Below, piece by piece: positions 59,672 to 64,000 of a DNA stretch of 64,000 bases. Below the pieces are notes generated by a model. It ran no database searches. It saw only the letters and a list, made by a program, of their open reading frames with translations, and was not told the DNA's origin. The position numbers were made by a program, and so were the translations under genes. Within the stretch, counting starts at the first letter, position 1, and each line of letters starts with the position of its first letter. Origin of the DNA: Marispirochaeta sp. (GTDB lineage: Bacteria; Spirochaetota; Spirochaetia; JC444; Marispirochaetaceae); assembly GCA_963676835.2 (NCBI GenBank), contig CAXXFF010000003.1:1-64000 (forward strand), written 5' to 3'.

Positions 59672-60919
59672 ATGGAACGAAGACGAGTCGTAATTACCGG
59701 ACTTGGTACGGTTAACTCTCTGGGGCTTGATATTACAAGTACCTGGGAAGCCGTAAAAGCCGGTAAAAGCGGAATAGGCCCCATTACCCTTTTTGATACA
59801 ACAGATTTCACCTGCCGTGTGGCGGGTGAAGTAAAAAACTTTGACCCTTCTGTCTGGATGGAGAAGAAAGAAGCAAGAAAACTGGCCAGATTCACCCAGT
59901 TTGCCATGGCCGGATCAGCCCAGGCCCTGGATGATTCAGGACTGCTTTCATCTGCATACGATTCCGACAGAGTGGGTGTAATCCTGGGTAACGGAATCGG
60001 CGGCTATGAGGTAACCGAGGAAGGTATCCGGCAGCTTGCAGAAAAAGGTCCACGGGCGGTGGCTCCCATGTCTATCCCCAAGCTGATTATCAACGAAGGG
60101 CCCGCAAATGTTTCGATAAAATTCGGTTTTCACGGACCCTGCTACGCCTTGGTTACGGCCTGTACTTCAGGTACCGACGCCATGGGTGCTGCCCTGAATG
60201 CAATCCGCAGCGGACAGATAGATGTTGCCGTAACAGGTGGTATGGAAGCTGCGATTACCCCCTTCGGCATTGCAGGTTTCCAGAAACTGACAGCCCTTTC
60301 CACCAACTTTAATGATACCCCGGAAAAAGCCAGCCGTCCTTTTGATAAGGACCGGGACGGTTTTGTAATGGGCGAAGGTGCCGGAATTCTGGTTATAGAA
60401 GAGCTGAGTCACGCCCTTAAAAGAGGGGCAAAAATCTACGCTGAACTTGCAGGCTACGGAATGAGCTGTGATGCATATCACCTTACCAGCCCGGATTCTA
60501 CCGGTACCGGCCCCTCCAAGGCCATGAAGTGGGCAATGCAGGATGCTGGTGTAGAACCGGAACAGGTTGATTATCTGAATGCACACGGTACTTCTACCCC
60601 CACCAACGACCCCCTTGAGACTATGGCGGTTAAAAAGGCCTTTGGTGATCATGCATCTAAACTGCCCATCTCATCAACCAAGTCAATGACTGCCCATATG
60701 ATAGGCGGCGCTGGCGGTATGGAAGCTATTCTTTCCATTCTTGCCATGAAAGACGGATATATTCCCCCCACTATCAACCTCGATGAACCCGACGAAGCAT
60801 GTGATCTCGATTATGTGCCGAACCAGGGCCGCAAGGCTGATCTTAAAGTCGTCATGTCCGACAACCTCGGTTTCGGTGGTCATAACGGCGTAGTAATTTT
60901 CAAGAAATTTGAGGAGTAG
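59672..60919 (+). CDS. fabF: Beta-ketoacyl-ACP synthase II
   Basis: TACTSG, NAHGTST, KSMTAH, GFGGHN. Confidence 0.96.
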   Translation: MERRRVVITGLGTVNSLGLDITSTWEAVKAGKSGIGPITLFDTTDFTCRVAGEVKNFDPSVWMEKKEARKLARFTQFAMAGSAQALDDSGLLSSAYDSDRVGVILGNGIGGYEVTEEGIRQLAEKGPRAVAPMSIPKLIINEGPANVSIKFGFHGPCYALVTACTSGTDAMGAALNAIRSGQIDVAVTGGMEAAITPFGIAGFQKLTALSTNFNDTPEKASRPFDKDRDGFVMGEGAGILVIEELSHALKRGAKIYAELAGYGMSCDAYHLTSPDSTGTGPSKAMKWAMQDAGVEPEQVDYLNAHGTSTPTNDPLETMAVKKAFGDHASKLPISSTKSMTAHMIGGAGGMEAILSILAMKDGYIPPTINLDEPDEACDLDYVPNQGRKADLKVVMSDNLGFGGHNGVVIFKKFEE

Positions 60920-60923
60920 TAAA

Positions 60924-61346
60924 ATGAGAGATATCAAGGAACTTTTACCCCACCGGAAACCTTTTCTTTTTGTGGATGAACTTCTTGAAGTAAGTGAAGA
61001 GAAAATTGTCGGTACCCGCAAATATGTCAAGGAAGAGTTCTTTTTCCCCGGACATTTCCCTGAGTATCCTGTTGTCCCCGGAGTAATCCTGGTGGAAACC
61101 ATGGCTCAGTGCGGCGGTGCCGGAGTTCGCGAGCTGGGAACATTGAGTGATGATGCCCTGTTTTTTCTTGCAGCTGTAGAAAAAGCGAAGTTCCGCCGTC
61201 AGGTACGTCCCGATGAAACCATTCGTATGGAAATTACCAACAACCGGCTCTCACCGAGAATGATTAAACAGAGCGGTAAATGCTATGTCGGCGAAGAACT
61301 CGCCTGTGAAGCATCCTGGACCTGTATGGTAGGCTCCAAGTCATGA
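60924..61346 (+). CDS. fabZ: 3-hydroxyacyl-ACP dehydratase
   Basis: LPHR.PFLFVD, GHFP..PVVPGV..E.MAQ. Confidence 0.95.
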   Translation: MRDIKELLPHRKPFLFVDELLEVSEEKIVGTRKYVKEEFFFPGHFPEYPVVPGVILVETMAQCGGAGVRELGTLSDDALFFLAAVEKAKFRRQVRPDETIRMEITNNRLSPRMIKQSGKCYVGEELACEASWTCMVGSKS

Positions 61347-62512
61347 TTATTACTCCCAAGATTCGAAACAATATCTGCATGAATGCACACCCTGCAGGGT
61401 GTGAGCAGGAGACACTCAATCAGATTGAGTATGTCAAAAAACAGGGGACCTTTGATGGCCCGAAAACTGCTCTGGTGGTTGGTTCATCAACCGGTTTTGG
61501 TCTGGCATCGAGAATTTCTCTGGCTTTTGGTGCAGGTGCTGATACAATCGGTGTTTTTTTTGAAAAGGAAGCCACCGAAAAACGCCCGGGTACCCCGGGT
61601 TACTATAACAACCGTGCCTTTGAAAAGGCAGCTAAAGCCGCAGGCCGCAAAGCTGACAGTATCAACGGCGATGCCTTCAGTAATGAAGTGCGGAGCCAGG
61701 CAATTGACCTGATCAAGGAAAAATACGGCAGCATCGATCTGGTCGTCTACAGCCTTGCATCACCTGTCCGTACAGATCCCGATACCGGAGAGATGTACCG
61801 GTCCGTGTTGAAACCTCTGAAGGGTACCTACACGGCAAAATCTGTTGATGCAATGTCCGGCGAAATCGGTGAAGCATCGATTGAACCTGGCGATCAGGCA
61901 GATACTGAAGCAACCGTTAAGGTTATGGGCGGCGAAGACTGGAGAATCTGGCTCAAAGCTCTCAAAGATGCGGGTGTTCTGTCCAAAGGTGTTAAAACCG
62001 TAGCCTATTCGTACATAGGACCGGAAATAACCTACGCGGTTTACCGGGAAGGCACTATCGGTAAAGCCAAGGAGCACCTTGAAAAAACTGCTTTTGAAAT
62101 AACAGAAGATCTTAAGGATATGGACGGATCGGCCTTCGTATCTGTTAATAAAGCCCTGGTTACCCGTTCTTCTGCAGTTATTCCTGTTGTTCCCCTGTAT
62201 ATCGGGCTGCTGTACAAGGTTATGAAAGATAAGGGCATCCACGAAGGTTGTATTGAGCAGATGTACCGCCTTTTCAGCAGTCGCCTGTACTTAAAAGGGA
62301 ACGTACCTGTTGATGATCAGGGACGTATCCGTGTGGATGACTGGGAAATGCGGGAAGATGTTCAGGCTGAAGTACAGGCCCTCTGGCCACAGGTTACTTC
62401 AGAGAACCTCAACGAACTGGCTGACCTTAAAGGATATCAGACAGAGTTCCTTAACCTTCACGGTTTCGCCGTACCCGGTATCGATTACGATGCGGATGTA
62501 ACTGAATTCTGA
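61343..62512 (+). CDS. fabV: Enoyl-ACP reductase FabV / trans-2-enoyl-CoA reductase
   Basis: AHPAGC, GSSTGFG, VYSLASP, VMGGEDW, YREGTIGKAK. Confidence 0.93.
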   Translation: MIITPKIRNNICMNAHPAGCEQETLNQIEYVKKQGTFDGPKTALVVGSSTGFGLASRISLAFGAGADTIGVFFEKEATEKRPGTPGYYNNRAFEKAAKAAGRKADSINGDAFSNEVRSQAIDLIKEKYGSIDLVVYSLASPVRTDPDTGEMYRSVLKPLKGTYTAKSVDAMSGEIGEASIEPGDQADTEATVKVMGGEDWRIWLKALKDAGVLSKGVKTVAYSYIGPEITYAVYREGTIGKAKEHLEKTAFEITEDLKDMDGSAFVSVNKALVTRSSAVIPVVPLYIGLLYKVMKDKGIHEGCIEQMYRLFSSRLYLKGNVPVDDQGRIRVDDWEMREDVQAEVQALWPQVTSENLNELADLKGYQTEFLNLHGFAVPGIDYDADVTEF

Positions 62513-62529
62513 CAAATACAGCTAAGATT

Positions 62530-62569
62530 AAAAAAGGACGTCCCGTTTAATGCGGGCGTCCTTTTTTTT
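62530..62569. terminator. Bidirectional intrinsic terminator
   Basis: A6-GGACG.CCCG loop CGGGCGTCC-T8 between convergent genes. Confidence 0.8.
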
Positions 62570-62623
62570 ACATGGCTCTGATCAGATCAGAATTATCAGA
62601 CGGCTTAATATAGAAAAATCTGT

Positions 62624-63325
62624 TTAAAGATACTTTTCCCGTATCTTCTTTGACCAGTATATGAATGGTGTATCTGCAAGGGCTACCAGCCATTTAAGTA
62701 CGTAGGTTGTAACAAAAATATCAATCAGTACGGAAAACTCAAAAACACCGTAAAAGGAAACGGCTACAAAAACCAGGGAGTCGATCAGCTGACTGACCAT
62801 GGTGCTGAGATTATTACGAATCCATATATGTTTGTCTTCTGGAAATCTGCTCTTCCAGAAACTGTAGGACCACACATCGTGACGCTGGGAAAGAATATAG
62901 GCAATAAGACTGCCGGCTGCGATTCTCGGCATAATACTGAAAATGGTTGTCAGGGATTCCTGGGCGAAATCGGAGGAATCCGGCGTAAAAAGCAGGGCTA
63001 TATTCATAAAAAGAGTCATCACAATAATCGCGAAAAAACCAACCCAGACTGCTTTTCCGGCTTCCTCTTTACTGTGATTTTCTGAAAGGATGTCGGTAAC
63101 AAGAAACGAGGTCGCATAAACAATATTTCCGAGGGTCGCTGTGAAACCAAAAATCGGAACGTTTTTCAGCACCTGTATATTGGCAATTATTACCGAGATG
63201 GGAATCCAGACAAAAAGGCCGGTTTTACCCATTATACGGTAAAGGGATATTATAATAAAAAAATTCAGTAACAGCATAACAAGCCACAGGACTTCATTAT
63301 GCATGGGAAACGTCAAAACAGGCAT
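62624..63325 (-). CDS. Queuosine precursor transporter (YhhQ/VUT family)
   Basis: ANIQV.K, TDILSE, RNNLSTMVSQLID, DTPF; GGAGG RBS. Confidence 0.88.
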   Translation of the reverse strand: MPVLTFPMHNEVLWLVMLLLNFFIIISLYRIMGKTGLFVWIPISVIIANIQVLKNVPIFGFTATLGNIVYATSFLVTDILSENHSKEEAGKAVWVGFFAIIVMTLFMNIALLFTPDSSDFAQESLTTIFSIMPRIAAGSLIAYILSQRHDVWSYSFWKSRFPEDKHIWIRNNLSTMVSQLIDSLVFVAVSFYGVFEFSVLIDIFVTTYVLKWLVALADTPFIYWSKKIREKYL

Positions 63326-63391
63326 ATAACCTCCAGGAATTGGCATACGCTACAAAATTGTACGCATTTTTTCAAGGAGAACTTCTGTATT

Positions 63392-64000
63392 TCAAGACAG
63401 GTTTTCGAGACGGGTTATCTGCATTCGAACATCTTCCAGCCTGGCATTTAACCGTTTCAATGTCCGCTCTATTCTTTTTTCTTCCTGCCGCAAACGTTTC
63501 TCTATTTTATCATCATCAAGATCAACTGCCGCACTCTGTGCGGAATATTCATGGTACACAGTGTCCGGACTCTTCCCCTGCTCCAGCGCAGCTGCTGCTT
63601 CCTGCCGTTTATCCGGGTCTTTAATTCGCAAAAGCCCTTTCATATTTTCGTAACCGAACTGAGCCGGAATATCTTCCTTATAGGTTTGAATCAGGTTGCG
63701 GGCAACACTATGCTGCATTCCGAGTTCCCGATCGGCGAAATCTTCGAAAGAATAGTGTCTGTCGTGACAAATCTGGTATGCTTGCATCAGCAGTTTTCCA
63801 AACTCAAGCACCCGCTGGCCTTCCTCCTGAAGAAACTCTGTCCGGATTCGTACCGCAAGAATTTTCAACTCTGAATCGTCTCTTAAAGGGTTCTTGTAGA
63901 GGTTTTCGTTTTCCGCCTTTTCCAGCAGCCTGTGAAAGGTGGCCCAGAAATCTCTACTGTGACTGCGCCGGGTGTTTCCGCAAAGATGATGGGCGTATTC
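63392..64000 (-). CDS. Partial protein, possibly SprT-like metalloprotease with a coiled-coil tail (5' end outside the window)
   Basis: Frame open to the window edge: EYAHH...H.RDFW..FH.LL. Confidence 0.6.
   Translation of the reverse strand, partial: EYAHHLCGNTRRSHSRDFWATFHRLLEKAENENLYKNPLRDDSELKILAVRIRTEFLQEEGQRVLEFGKLLMQAYQICHDRHYSFEDFADRELGMQHSVARNLIQTYKEDIPAQFGYENMKGLLRIKDPDKRQEAAAALEQGKSPDTVYHEYSAQSAAVDLDDDKIEKRLRQEEKRIERTLKRLNARLEDVRMQITRLENLS

Noticed and set aside
32372..62501. Antisense and nested ORFs in housekeeping genes (e.g. 43227-43988, 49325-49966, 53036-53638)
   Set aside because: They overlap well-supported genes and show no recognisable motifs.
63326..63391. preQ1 riboswitch upstream of the queuosine-precursor transporter
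   Set aside because: The gap is short and looks operonic; no preQ1 aptamer pattern recognised.

Overview
Bacterial chromosomal window, most likely from a free-living spirochaete (inferred from spirochaete-style DctP and lipoprotein N-termini and gene content). Left part (1-29099): an AT-rich chromosomal integron. intI (27840-29099, +) is divergent from attI (~27651) and from at least 18 minus-strand cassettes separated by long (170-185 bp) attC sites of two subtypes. Cassettes carry BrnTA (x2, apparently identical), VapBC, MNT-HEPN, three Fic genes, a PLD/Zn-finger protein, a metallophosphoesterase+SLOG pair, an SGNH hydrolase, SH3 and lipoprotein genes, and two ORF-less palindromic cargos. 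Two IS21 and two IS3-family copies interrupt the array, and one IS21 marks an inversion breakpoint. The most striking feature: two unrelated cassette types are bracketed by the halves of a second attC-like hairpin, so the excised circle would carry one attC nested inside another (~350 bp composite). Right part (29100-64000): housekeeping genes, including capA-like, M48 peptidase, FadR-SDR-transaldolase-epimerase, Gld-like ABC and TRAP transporters, mtnN, dapL, phosphomutase, trpS, a single-chain 1833-aa biotin carboxylase divergent from fabH-D-G-F-Z-V, and a queuosine-precursor transporter. All calls come from reading the sequence and motifs by eye; no searches were run.
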